From the IMG/VR virus record IMGVR_UViG_3300032288_001980, positions 119,899 through 183,898 of that record: a stretch of 64,000 nucleotides of DNA; one strand, 5' to 3'. A program made the position numbers and the translations under genes. Shown here piece after piece: positions 20,459 to 29,672 of the stretch. How positions within the stretch are numbered: the first letter of the stretch is position 1; every line of letters starts with the position of its first letter. Source of the DNA: a virus. The notes under the pieces are model-generated. The model saw only the letters and a list, made by a program, of their open reading frames with translations. It made no database searches and had not been told where the DNA came from.

Positions 20459-20486
20459 ATTGGTATAGTAACAAAACGGGTACAAA

Positions 20487-20720
20487 ATGCTTACAGCAGA
20501 CACTCTTAAAACTCTTATGGAGTTTGGTCCCCAGGGCCTTACTGTACTGATCCGCAGGGCAGGTTACAAAGAAGACAGTTTTGTCAAGTCCAAGTTTCTG
20601 GGCATGACTAACGGCGGGCAGTTTTGCTATCAATGCACTTACAAGGGCGATTTTGAAGATACTTGTAAAGTATTCCTGACATATAACCATGACACTGGCA
20701 AGGTTTCTGCCGAATACTAA
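20487..20720 (+). CDS. Hypothetical early protein (77 aa)
   Basis: ORF between promoters 2 and 3. Confidence 0.75.
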   Translation: MLTADTLKTLMEFGPQGLTVLIRRAGYKEDSFVKSKFLGMTNGGQFCYQCTYKGDFEDTCKVFLTYNHDTGKVSAEY

Positions 20721-20724
20721 TTGG

Positions 20725-20753
20725 TTGACAATAAATCCAATTTATTATATAAT
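20725..20753 (+). promoter_or_regulatory. Sigma70-type early promoter 3 (TTGACA-17-TATAAT)
   Basis: Perfect consensus. Confidence 0.9.
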
Positions 20754-20783
20754 ATTGATATTGTAACGCAAAAGGAGTCCTAG

Positions 20784-21209
20784 ATGGCCTACGTTTCCCA
20801 GGATATGAAAGCAAAGTTGGCGCCTGCTATCAAAGCCCTACTGAAAAAGTATGGTATTAAAGGCACCCTGGCTGTGAATAACCACAGTACTCTTGTGCTT
20901 AATATCAAGTCCGGCAAAATTGATTTCGTTGAAAACTTTATTCAAACAGATCTCGCCAAGCCCCATGCTGGCAAAATGTCTGCGGATCAAGTGGCTTATC
21001 TGCGTAAGCATCAGACTTTGGATGTTAACACTTATTGGGCGCACGACCATTATTCCGGTAAGGCCCGGGACTTTTTAGTTGCAGTAATTGACGCCATGAA
21101 GGGTCCTGAGTTTTTTGACCACACGGATGCCCAAACTGACTATTTTCATTGTAGTCACTACGTTAGTATTAATATTGGTAACTGGAAAAAGCCCTATATA
21201 GTGGCTTGA
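20784..21209 (+). CDS. Hypothetical early protein (141 aa)
   Basis: AAGGAG RBS, own promoter. Confidence 0.85.
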   Translation: MAYVSQDMKAKLAPAIKALLKKYGIKGTLAVNNHSTLVLNIKSGKIDFVENFIQTDLAKPHAGKMSADQVAYLRKHQTLDVNTYWAHDHYSGKARDFLVAVIDAMKGPEFFDHTDAQTDYFHCSHYVSINIGNWKKPYIVA

Positions 21210-21234
21210 CAATAAATCCAATTAATTGTATAAT
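21206..21234 (+). promoter_or_regulatory. Sigma70-type early promoter 4 (TTGACA-17-TATAAT)
   Basis: Perfect consensus; -35 overlaps the TGA of the previous gene. Confidence 0.9.
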
Positions 21235-21266
21235 ATTGATATTGTAACGCACAAAGGAGTTCGAAA

Positions 21267-21587
21267 ATGGCTAAACTGCTGATTACTACCCAAGTTTACG
21301 AAAACTATGCTTGGAACGAAGACGGCTCCTTGGGCACTGGCGAGAACGCCTATTGGAAGGCCAAGGGCGGTTCGGACTATGTGGTTAAGAACTTTAAGGA
21401 TTTTGGTCGTGTTACTGAAGTCGTGATGGCTCTGCGTTCGCAGATTGAATCCGACAATGATGCTTTCCGCGAGCATATTATCGACTGGGAAGTTGTGGCC
21501 GACGACTACCTCACTGAGTTCGAGCGCGATCAGTTGGAGTACGAAGGCGTGATTCGTTTTGGTGCTAAAGAATTGGCTCTTGCTTAA
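21267..21587 (+). CDS. Hypothetical early protein (106 aa)
   Basis: AAGGAG RBS, own promoter. Confidence 0.85.
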   Translation: MAKLLITTQVYENYAWNEDGSLGTGENAYWKAKGGSDYVVKNFKDFGRVTEVVMALRSQIESDNDAFREHIIDWEVVADDYLTEFERDQLEYEGVIRFGAKELALA

Positions 21588-21597
21588 GGTAACCATC

Positions 21598-21750
21598 ATG
21601 GACAATTTTGATACTGAAATTCAATGCGACGAGTGCATTCCTGCACTTTATGAAATGACTCCCGAAGAGTATGCGGAGTTTTGCAAAGAATACAACGAGT
21701 GGCTAGACAAACAAGAAGAAGGCTATGAGCCGGAGAAAGAATATGCGTAA
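21598..21750 (+). CDS. Small acidic hypothetical protein (50 aa)
   Basis: AAGG RBS, ATG 21598 (MDNFDTEIQCDEC), stop overlaps ligase start. Confidence 0.6.
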   Translation: MDNFDTEIQCDECIPALYEMTPEEYAEFCKEYNEWLDKQEEGYEPEKEYA

Positions 21751-23056
21751 ACCTTGGCAAGTTATTACAGAGCTAGAATCAGACAATAGTCGACTGGCCA
21801 AAGAAGCAATTATAGAAAAAGAAGCCCAAGCAGGTAATTCGGAATTTTTCGAAGGCGTTCGCATGGCGCTGGACTGCATGGTAACTTTTGGTGTTAAAAA
21901 AGTTCCCACTCATGGTGGACCCGACGGACAGGGCCTGCCATGGTCGGCGTTTAAAGAACTAGCAGACAATCTTGCTAGTCGTAGCCTAACTGGTCATGAT
22001 GCTCGTAATGCCATTGAGCTTTGCCTAAGTGCGGCTACAGAAGCAGAGTGGAATAACTGGTATCGTCGTATCCTTATTAAAGATCTGCGTTGCGGTGTCA
22101 GCGAAAAAACTGTAAACAATGTAGTAGGCAAAAAATACAAAGCATATTCTGTGCCTGTGTTTACTTGCCAATTGGCTCATGATAGCACTAACCACGAAAG
22201 CAAAGTATGTGGCAAAAAACTAATCGAAGTCAAACTGGATGGGGTGCGAGTATTGACAATCGTATACCCCAACGGTCAAGTGGATCAATTCAGTCGAAAC
22301 GGCAAGGAATTGCTGAACTTTGGTCACCTCAAGGATCAGTTCGCAAAAACAGTGACTGGCTTGACGGAGCCTGTGGTGTTCGACGGCGAAGTGATGTCAA
22401 GTAGTTTCCAAGACTTGATGAAGCAGGTGCATCGCAAAGACAATGTCAGTGCTCAAGATGCTGTACTGCATTTGTTTGATTTTATTCCTCTTAAAGACTT
22501 CCAAAAAGGTCGTTGGGACAGGCCACAGGATCAGCGTAGCGAAAAGCTAAAAGCATGGAAAGACCTATGGGCCGAAGAAACGCCTGATGTTCAAATTCTC
22601 AGTCACGAAGTAGTTGACTTGGACACTGAGCAAGGACAAATTAAATTTAAAGAAATTAATGCTCGGGCCATTGCAGGCGGCTATGAAGGTATTATGATCA
22701 AAGAGCCAAATGCGCCTTACGAGTGCAAACGTACTGTAAGCTGGCTCAAGCTCAAACCTTTTATCGAAGTCAGTCTTAGTGTTGTTGGTGTCGAAGAAGG
22801 CACAGGCAAGAACCTAGGCAGATTGGGTGCTATTATCTGTGAGGGTGATGATGACGGAAAATACATCAACGTTAACGTTGGTAGCGGCTTTACTGACGCT
22901 GATCGCGATTCTTATTGGAACGGCAAAAATAAGCTTCTTGGACAAGTTGTTGAGGTTCGTGCAGACGCCGTTACACAAAATCAGGATGGCAGTTATTCGC
23001 TCAGGTTTCCGAGGTTCTTACGTTTCCGAGGCTTCGAGGCTGGGGAAAAAATTTAA
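21743..23056 (+). CDS. lig: ATP-dependent DNA ligase
   Basis: Motif I EVKLDGVR, VFDGEV, FD motif, EGIMIK, WLKLKP, OB-fold GSGFTD and SLRFPRF; start revised to ATG 21743. Confidence 0.95.
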   Translation: MRKPWQVITELESDNSRLAKEAIIEKEAQAGNSEFFEGVRMALDCMVTFGVKKVPTHGGPDGQGLPWSAFKELADNLASRSLTGHDARNAIELCLSAATEAEWNNWYRRILIKDLRCGVSEKTVNNVVGKKYKAYSVPVFTCQLAHDSTNHESKVCGKKLIEVKLDGVRVLTIVYPNGQVDQFSRNGKELLNFGHLKDQFAKTVTGLTEPVVFDGEVMSSSFQDLMKQVHRKDNVSAQDAVLHLFDFIPLKDFQKGRWDRPQDQRSEKLKAWKDLWAEETPDVQILSHEVVDLDTEQGQIKFKEINARAIAGGYEGIMIKEPNAPYECKRTVSWLKLKPFIEVSLSVVGVEEGTGKNLGRLGAIICEGDDDGKYINVNVGSGFTDADRDSYWNGKNKLLGQVVEVRADAVTQNQDGSYSLRFPRFLRFRGFEAGEKI

Positions 23057-23066
23057 TAAGGTAACT

Positions 23067-23306
23067 ATGACGCCAGAAGCAGTTAAAGCAATGTTATACG
23101 GAGGCTTAAAAGAGCTGACCGAAGACCGTAAGCTATTTCGTAAAAGTGAAATTGGTCGTAAGCACGAATACAGTTCGTGGACTGAAGAAGGCGAAGTGGC
23201 CGTAAAAGATTTTATTAGTCTTGTGACTACTCAAATGTTGATGGCCGAAGAAGCACGTATAGAATCCAAAGCCAAAGATATGGTCATGGACAACCTAAAG
23301 AAATAA
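23067..23306 (+). CDS. Hypothetical protein (79 aa)
   Basis: AAGG RBS, ATG 23067 (MTPEAVKAML). Confidence 0.65.
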   Translation: MTPEAVKAMLYGGLKELTEDRKLFRKSEIGRKHEYSSWTEEGEVAVKDFISLVTTQMLMAEEARIESKAKDMVMDNLKK

Positions 23307-23769
23307 GTTCTAAATTAGGATCTGTATTAACTAGGTCAATGACCTGTTCTATGGGTACTTTGAACTTAATACTGGCATAGACCATGCCTTTGTTTTTAAC
23401 GTCCCACATCATAGGTTCGGATTGTATATTAACTAGATAAGCACGACCTGCTTCTAGTTTTACAGGTTCCTGATCTTTGACGCAGTAATATTGCTCTCCA
23501 GCAGTATGCAAGTGCATGATCATAGATGTAAACCACAAACTCTTTCCGTAATGTAATCGCAACGTTGGGCCATACATGCTGTAACTAGGCTCTATGGCTA
23601 TGTGGGCTACACAATCGGGTATTCTATTTAAGAAATCTTGTTTATGTTCTCCCAATGGGGTAACAGATTTTTTATGCTGGGCAATGTGTATCTTATCCCA
23701 GTTTACCCATCTTAGATTTTCTTCCTGCCATCTATTGGGAAGACTAATACCTTTAATTTCGTATATCAT
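23284..23769 (-). CDS. Cupin/Asp-hydroxylase-like beta-helix protein (161 aa)
   Basis: PTLRLH...MHLHT...KLEAGRAYLVN resembles 2OG oxygenase strands; metal ligands are not canonical; ATGA-coupled to the gp5 gene. Confidence 0.4.
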   Translation of the reverse strand: MIYEIKGISLPNRWQEENLRWVNWDKIHIAQHKKSVTPLGEHKQDFLNRIPDCVAHIAIEPSYSMYGPTLRLHYGKSLWFTSMIMHLHTAGEQYYCVKDQEPVKLEAGRAYLVNIQSEPMMWDVKNKGMVYASIKFKVPIEQVIDLVNTDPNLELISLGCP

Positions 23770-25727
23770 ACTGGAAATAATCCTTTAACCGCTTCCCATT
23801 GACGTTTTTGTAATTCTGTAGGTGCACCGAATATAGGCTTCCAACGACCTGGGCTTAACTCAGGTCCTTTGATTTGTGCTCTACCGTTTTCTATAGCTTT
23901 TTTCGATGCTAGGTAACCTTCTTTTTCTAATTGTGCTCTAGTTTTGCCAGGAGGATAATTACCTGCCTTCATGATCTGTGCTTCTTTTAGTCTGCGACCA
24001 TTCTCATGAGGACAGCTACTAATACAGTTAGCAACGTTGGCCCAGTCTCCGGCTTGTGCATATTCTTTAATGTTTTTATTATTATAACTTAATGAGCTAG
24101 CACCGCCAGCACCCATGTTATATGCCAAACTTACTAGTGCATCAAATTGACTTTGTGTTGCTTTGACTCCTTTGAATCTGTTTTTGACAGCATTTTCAAT
24201 TTGCTGGACATCAACTAGAAACTTATTATAGGCTTTTTCGTAAGGTTGGCCATTGTCAAACTCTCCGGGCTTGTCCCACGAAACACCCTGTTGTAAGTGT
24301 CCAAAACCAATACTGTTAAAACGGAAGTCCCAATAATCGATTGGTCTAAATGCTTCCATGCCCAGGATAAAGTCTGCGCCAGGTTTACTTAAATGCATAC
24401 CGGCAATAGGTTGAGCATTTGTATTATCCACGTTAGCATTAGGTTCGATGCCAGTAGTATCCAACGGAGTAGTGCTGGCATTAGGGTCTGGTGGCAATCC
24501 AGGTCCGCCATCTGCGGCTGTTTGTTGTTCACTGCGTGTTTTGCTAGTTAATCCAGGATTAGGCAAGTTCACGTGGCCTCTCCATGGTTCGTGTTCTGGT
24601 ACGCGGCTAGCAATACTACTACGAACACTGGAGTTAACTGCTAGACCATTTTCCTTAGGAGTTTCAGGGCTAGCAGGTGATGGACCGTTTAAGTGTAACT
24701 GTGCGCCGCTCATTACTAAGTTGCCAGTAGCTCCTAGGTTTGCAGAACCTAGCGCACCCATTTTAAGATCGCCACCTACAATTAAATTACCACTGCCTGA
24801 TACACTAATTTTAAGGTCTGATCCACTGTTCATTTGAATTTGGCCGGCGGCTTCTAAATTAATGTCTTTACCAGCGCGAACGTTGAAATCTCCTAAAGTG
24901 TGGAGATTAATACCGCCTTCGGCATAAGCATCTATATGTCCGTCTGCACTTAATTCAAACCATGCTGTGCCATCTCTGTTGATCAAATAGATCATACCAA
25001 ACGTATCGTTAATAAAAATTTGTGCGCCGTTTTGTGTACGTAATCTTATATAAGCATTTTTTGGATCATCGTCCATGACAAACTGATGTTGACCAGGCGT
25101 TAGTATTCCATATACTTTGCTTATACTGTCTCGTTGAGCTCCACTAGTACTATTGCCTCGTAAAAAGTCTTTGGTAAGTCCTTGATCTTCCAGTGCGTCG
25201 GCAAGTGTGGGATGACGGGGTCTTAGACTAGCATCGTTGTCTAAGTCACGTTTATTCTTTTCTGCGCTAGGATAAGATTCAGGGTTAGTGGTCTCACCAT
25301 ATGTTTTACCAAAAGGTATACCAGGCACTGTGTATGTATTAGCATCCTGATATAAGCAAGCAAACCATACGCCTTTGGTAATATCTCCGTTGGCAAAGCA
25401 GACTAGTACTTCGTTGTTTACATCAGGAGGCACAAACCAAAAACCATATGCACGTTGCGTTTCGGTACTGCTTTTAGGATTAGAGCCTGTTGCCCTGGGA
25501 TCACTGGCACCTGCAAAAGGACTGGCATAACTTACAGTTACCCAAGACGAACTGTCACTAGGATCACTTTTAAATTCTGGTATCCATACTCGTAGTCTGC
25601 CCATGCCTTTTTCGTCAGCATTATCTTTGACGATACCCAAGTATACGCCCATAGGCATATTAATTCTACTGGCGGTATCGTCTTTTGATTGAGGTCTAAC
25701 TTTACTGGCTGCGTTACTGATTGGCAT
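23766..25727 (-). CDS. gp5: Baseplate hub/tail spike gp5-like with C-terminal GH24-type lysozyme
   Basis: OB-fold G.Y.GIV.DN.D...MGRLRVWIPE, GFWFVPP...N.VLV.F; beta-helix region; lysozyme-type E.F...Y.D...SIGFGH, QSQFDALVSLAYNMG. Confidence 0.85.
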   Translation of the reverse strand: MPISNAASKVRPQSKDDTASRINMPMGVYLGIVKDNADEKGMGRLRVWIPEFKSDPSDSSSWVTVSYASPFAGASDPRATGSNPKSSTETQRAYGFWFVPPDVNNEVLVCFANGDITKGVWFACLYQDANTYTVPGIPFGKTYGETTNPESYPSAEKNKRDLDNDASLRPRHPTLADALEDQGLTKDFLRGNSTSGAQRDSISKVYGILTPGQHQFVMDDDPKNAYIRLRTQNGAQIFINDTFGMIYLINRDGTAWFELSADGHIDAYAEGGINLHTLGDFNVRAGKDINLEAAGQIQMNSGSDLKISVSGSGNLIVGGDLKMGALGSANLGATGNLVMSGAQLHLNGPSPASPETPKENGLAVNSSVRSSIASRVPEHEPWRGHVNLPNPGLTSKTRSEQQTAADGGPGLPPDPNASTTPLDTTGIEPNANVDNTNAQPIAGMHLSKPGADFILGMEAFRPIDYWDFRFNSIGFGHLQQGVSWDKPGEFDNGQPYEKAYNKFLVDVQQIENAVKNRFKGVKATQSQFDALVSLAYNMGAGGASSLSYNNKNIKEYAQAGDWANVANCISSCPHENGRRLKEAQIMKAGNYPPGKTRAQLEKEGYLASKKAIENGRAQIKGPELSPGRWKPIFGAPTELQKRQWEAVKGLFPV

Positions 25728-25730
25728 TTA

Positions 25731-28055
25731 TTAACCCTTTGCGCTTGGTGTTTTGACTGCTAGTGCATTAGCTTGAGTTTCGGCTGTTTTGCGTGTAGCG
25801 GATTGCTGGTTCTGTTGCGCGGTCTGTTGTTTTTGAACAGCTTCTTTACTTAGTCCTAGATAACTAGCCACAATACCTGCATCGCGTACTGCTGTAATTT
25901 TTTGTAAGAACTGTCCTTTGAATGTATGTTCTACTCTAGTGGCTAGATACAAGCCCGATATCATATTATTTTGATCAAATTTCATTAAACCATCGGTGGG
26001 ATCATAGTCGCTTGGAGTTTGTACAGTTAGATAAAAATAATTGCCGCCTTTATTATAGTCCGCCAAGGTCATTGAACTATTTTTCATTTGATTGTTGCCG
26101 CCTAGTTTTTCTAATAAAATACTGTTTGGCGTACCAAACCAAAACGGGTCTCCTACTATTTCTATATCAATTTTACATAAGTCCGCACTGGCACGTAGCT
26201 GATTAAAAATATAACCAAATGTGCCGCGATTGTTACTAAAAGGACTTTCTACACCTTGTGTGCTTTCTTTATCCGTATCGTCCTCTAAGAATCTATTCAA
26301 TAGCCATCCGGCATTAACGCTAGCATCATCTACTACACCTTGACTGTCTTGATATGTTAGCCCTGATGTACGTAGCTTGTGCGGGTCGCCTTTAGGTGCG
26401 TTTTGTCCGAACTTTCTAATAGGACCTAATAATGTTGTAGCGGCTTCCTGTTTGGCCTTCATTACAGGATTATTGGCCTGTGCTTGAACTAGTTTAGCTT
26501 CTTCTTTAGCTCTGTTGTTAAAAAGATAAAAGCCTTTGCCTTCCCTAACATCTTTTAATTTTTGTGCATTATCTTTCCATTCTTTACGTGCTTGGTCAAT
26601 GGCAGCTCGCTCCCCGTCTGGATTCCCTTTAATCTTTGGACCATGTTGGCTAGTGTCTACGAATGCTGTGCCGTTAGTAGGAACTGGCTGAAAGAAAGCA
26701 TTGTTTAGAGTAATTTTAAAAGATTTCACTTCAGTGTTTAGTCCAGTATAAAAATAATCATAACGTTTATTCAACATGTTAAGTACTTTTAACTTTTCAT
26801 ATCTCTTTTTAATAGTTTCCCTATTAATAGCTTCATCGCCACCTTGTTGTGCATCTTGATCTGCTGGTGTTACTATTTGCGGAGTAATAAATTCCATTAT
26901 TCTGTAAGTAATCTTTTTAGCATAGTCTTTGGTAAAACTATCAAACTCGATAGCTTGTGTATAAGTTTGTACCCGGAAAAACTTATAAGGGTCGGCAGCT
27001 TCGTCTGGAGTTACTTTACTAGGTAGTCCTTTTTCATTGCCGGCACTGCCTTTACGTTCTACTTTTTGCAATTTTTGCATTTCTTCTGTGCCGGCCAAAA
27101 TAACATTAATCAAACCTAATATGCCAGATCCTTCCCTAAAAATCTGGTTGCCTTTGCCGTCAGCGGATACTTGAGTGTTTTTGGTTGTAGCAATAGACCC
27201 TGGGTTAAAGTTAGCAAATTTATATTTGGCTATCTCGGGGTCTACAATAAATTCATACTCGTTAGGTATAATTTTGCTTACGTAAACTTTTTGTTTTTCT
27301 TTATCATTCAATGCTTGCTGTAGTCCTTGAAAATATTCTCCCACTGTGGTTGCACTTACGTTAACAATGTCTTTTAAATTTTCTACTACAAGCTCTTGAG
27401 CACTAACTTCTAAGTGAACAAAGTCGATTTTATATTGACCGCCTTTTTCAGTTATATTCATTTCAACTTTTCTAAACACAATGGGCCAAACATAATATAA
27501 CCCTGGAATGAATACTTCATCGCCCGACGGAGTAGTGCCTTTAAATGTTATTTCTAAATAGTACTGGGCTTGAGTGTGATTTGAAATTCTAAGTGCATTG
27601 GCTGTTCGAACAAGTTTGTCTAAGAATTGTACACCCAGAGGTTCTGTAATATTCATAGTGCCGGTGGTTGCTACTACGTTTTGAGTTTTACTATCCCAGT
27701 TACAAACGGTATTGACCTGCAAGTCGCTGATAATCATATCACTAGTGGCCGCAGTTTCGGCTATAACAACACCTTGTGCTGGATTCCAATCTTGTAACAA
27801 CTGCGGGTGAATCATTGTTAATCTTAGATAGTAAGCAGTATTTTGATATTCGTTAAGTACGTTGGGCCTAAAACTGCCCATTGCTTCTGCGCTTTTAACA
27901 ATGTCTACTTGTACAGGTGTAACTTTTTTATCAGCTTGGTCTACTGCTTTTATTGTTGCAGGATTTCGTAATGCTTCTGCCCTAGCATTAATATTGCTGG
28001 CTGCTTGCGATGGAGTAACTGTCTCCCTAGGAGTCATTGGTGGTTTGTTTGACAT
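25731..28055 (-). CDS. Baseplate hub protein (gp27-like position)
   Basis: 774 aa directly upstream of gp5; C-term I.I.GDPFW and SGLY....VEHTF.G.F.Q hub-type motifs. Confidence 0.6.
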   Translation of the reverse strand: MSNKPPMTPRETVTPSQAASNINARAEALRNPATIKAVDQADKKVTPVQVDIVKSAEAMGSFRPNVLNEYQNTAYYLRLTMIHPQLLQDWNPAQGVVIAETAATSDMIISDLQVNTVCNWDSKTQNVVATTGTMNITEPLGVQFLDKLVRTANALRISNHTQAQYYLEITFKGTTPSGDEVFIPGLYYVWPIVFRKVEMNITEKGGQYKIDFVHLEVSAQELVVENLKDIVNVSATTVGEYFQGLQQALNDKEKQKVYVSKIIPNEYEFIVDPEIAKYKFANFNPGSIATTKNTQVSADGKGNQIFREGSGILGLINVILAGTEEMQKLQKVERKGSAGNEKGLPSKVTPDEAADPYKFFRVQTYTQAIEFDSFTKDYAKKITYRIMEFITPQIVTPADQDAQQGGDEAINRETIKKRYEKLKVLNMLNKRYDYFYTGLNTEVKSFKITLNNAFFQPVPTNGTAFVDTSQHGPKIKGNPDGERAAIDQARKEWKDNAQKLKDVREGKGFYLFNNRAKEEAKLVQAQANNPVMKAKQEAATTLLGPIRKFGQNAPKGDPHKLRTSGLTYQDSQGVVDDASVNAGWLLNRFLEDDTDKESTQGVESPFSNNRGTFGYIFNQLRASADLCKIDIEIVGDPFWFGTPNSILLEKLGGNNQMKNSSMTLADYNKGGNYFYLTVQTPSDYDPTDGLMKFDQNNMISGLYLATRVEHTFKGQFLQKITAVRDAGIVASYLGLSKEAVQKQQTAQQNQQSATRKTAETQANALAVKTPSAKG

Positions 28056-28058
28056 ATA

Positions 28059-28352
28059 TTACAAGTACGTCTTTGCGTTATCTTTGCTTAATAATTTAAT
28101 CTTTGTTCCAGCTTTAAAATCAAACACTGGATCCGACAGTACGTCGGGATTTACTGCTCTAAATATCCACCACAATTTACTAGAACCATAAGCATCGTAT
28201 GCTAATAGATCGGGTCTATGGTGGTATCTAGATTCAATGATTGCTTCTATTTCCGTGCCGTCTAAATTGACAGTGGGTAAAGTAGCCAAATCTAAATAAA
28301 AACGATTTACCCTCGTAGTTGCGTAGGGACTAGTTTGTTCATACATTGCCAT
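28059..28352 (-). CDS. gp53/LysM-like baseplate protein
   Basis: RPDLLAYD.YG...LWWIF...NP..L.DP.FDF.AG..I. Confidence 0.8.
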   Translation of the reverse strand: MAMYEQTSPYATTRVNRFYLDLATLPTVNLDGTEIEAIIESRYHHRPDLLAYDAYGSSKLWWIFRAVNPDVLSDPVFDFKAGTKIKLLSKDNAKTYL

Positions 28353-28963
28353 TATACGTATCCTTGTTTAGCTAATTTTCCAGCCGCAAAGTCACTTAGA
28401 TTAAAGTTTCTTGCAACTGGGCCAGTGTTGTATTGTGTCATTAAGTCAATAGTCATTTCTAATACAATAGGAACTACTACTTGACCAATCGGTGTTTGTA
28501 CTGGCACATAATCTACATCGCTGGGATATCTATAGTTTACTGCACTAATAACAACCGGGACGTTTTGAAATATTGCAGGGCCATATGCATTAAACTCCAT
28601 TACCTGCGGAGGACTACCGCGAAGTCCGTCTGATCGTCCAAAGTGCATTTTTGTAATAGTTTTAAAAAAGTGCATTACTGCTACCATGTATTGTGCTTCC
28701 TCTACAGTACTAGCTGTAAACTTTGCACCATTTATACTTATTTTAGGGTTAGTTGTTCTTTGATAAATGTTAGGAGCATAGTTTGTATGCGTTAATGGCT
28801 GTTCTTCCCAAACTGAACGAACATCGTATTGAATGTCTGGCATGTAAGGAAACATTACTCCACCGAACTGCTTCAATGGTGCTAGCATCGGACTAGAAAA
28901 TAAAGGATCCCTTACTCCTTTTTTACTGGCCAAAGCCACTCGCTTTGTGTAATCAATTGCCAT
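28352..28963 (-). CDS. Tail-tube initiator/baseplate protein (gp48/gp54-like)
   Basis: FPY.P.I...; G.PP....F.AYG....NVPVVI.....YP.DVDY. Confidence 0.6.
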   Translation of the reverse strand: MAIDYTKRVALASKKGVRDPLFSSPMLAPLKQFGGVMFPYMPDIQYDVRSVWEEQPLTHTNYAPNIYQRTTNPKISINGAKFTASTVEEAQYMVAVMHFFKTITKMHFGRSDGLRGSPPQVMEFNAYGPAIFQNVPVVISAVNYRYPSDVDYVPVQTPIGQVVVPIVLEMTIDLMTQYNTGPVARNFNLSDFAAGKLAKQGYV

Positions 28964-29573
28964 TGGCGTCTCCTAGTTTACTGTTAACTACATTAAATAA
29001 GTCTTGGTCAAAACGTCCAAATAATTCAGTAAATAATTTCATTCTTGTTTCTTGGTCTGCGGCAGCAAACATGTTTCTAATTTCACTGGCACTGGATATA
29101 TTCTTTCCTAACAAAGAAAACTGCACAGTAGGTGCTACATAAACATAGCCATGCTTGTCAAATGTATCAAAGTCGAAATCTTTTGAGTACGGTTGTAAAT
29201 AGCTTGGACTACCATCTTTTTTAGGTTTAAATGCAAAACGCGGATCTTCTGCCATATCTTTTTCGCTGACAGCAAACACTAAAATATCTTTGGTAGGATC
29301 ATGTTGTGCTGTTATTTCTTGTGCTTGATAGGGATTTTTAGTTTGTACGATAGCAGATCCCGGAACTCCGGTTAGCATCATTAGTGCTTTCTTTTCTGCA
29401 AAGTTAAAAGGACTTTTAGGTGGTTCCACTTTGTCACTGGTAGCAATACTAACTGCATCTTCGCCAAATTGTTTTATTAAATGGCCGTAGACGCTTCTGT
29501 GACCCATGTGAAAAGGCTGAAATCTACCTGGGTAAACTACTACAAAGTTTTTGTTAATTTGACTAAATCTCAT
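28953..29573 (-). CDS. Cytidylyltransferase-like nucleotidyltransferase
   Basis: YPGRFQPFHMGH (HxGH), PFNFAEK, ISSASEIR. Confidence 0.85.
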   Translation of the reverse strand: MRFSQINKNFVVVYPGRFQPFHMGHRSVYGHLIKQFGEDAVSIATSDKVEPPKSPFNFAEKKALMMLTGVPGSAIVQTKNPYQAQEITAQHDPTKDILVFAVSEKDMAEDPRFAFKPKKDGSPSYLQPYSKDFDFDTFDKHGYVYVAPTVQFSLLGKNISSASEIRNMFAAADQETRMKLFTELFGRFDQDLFNVVNSKLGDANGN

Positions 29574-29635
29574 AATTGTGGATCCTTATCTAATATTTAT
29601 GGCAAGAAAAATGGCTGTTTTTGAGTTGACAATAG

Positions 29636-29665
29636 TTGACTTTGTTAGTACTGACCTGCTACAAT
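29636..29665 (+). promoter_or_regulatory. Sigma70-type promoter for the sigma-factor gene (TTGACT-18-TACAAT), probably leaderless
   Basis: -10 box ends 7 nt before ATG 29673; no RBS; an extra TTGACA at 29626-29631. Confidence 0.5.
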
Positions 29666-29672
29666 CTTATTC

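Noticed and set aside
20047-21234. CRISPR-like array suggested by recurring repeats
   Set aside because: The repeats are promoters separated by whole genes, and the 20-mer pair has a 3-bp spacer; no cas genes.
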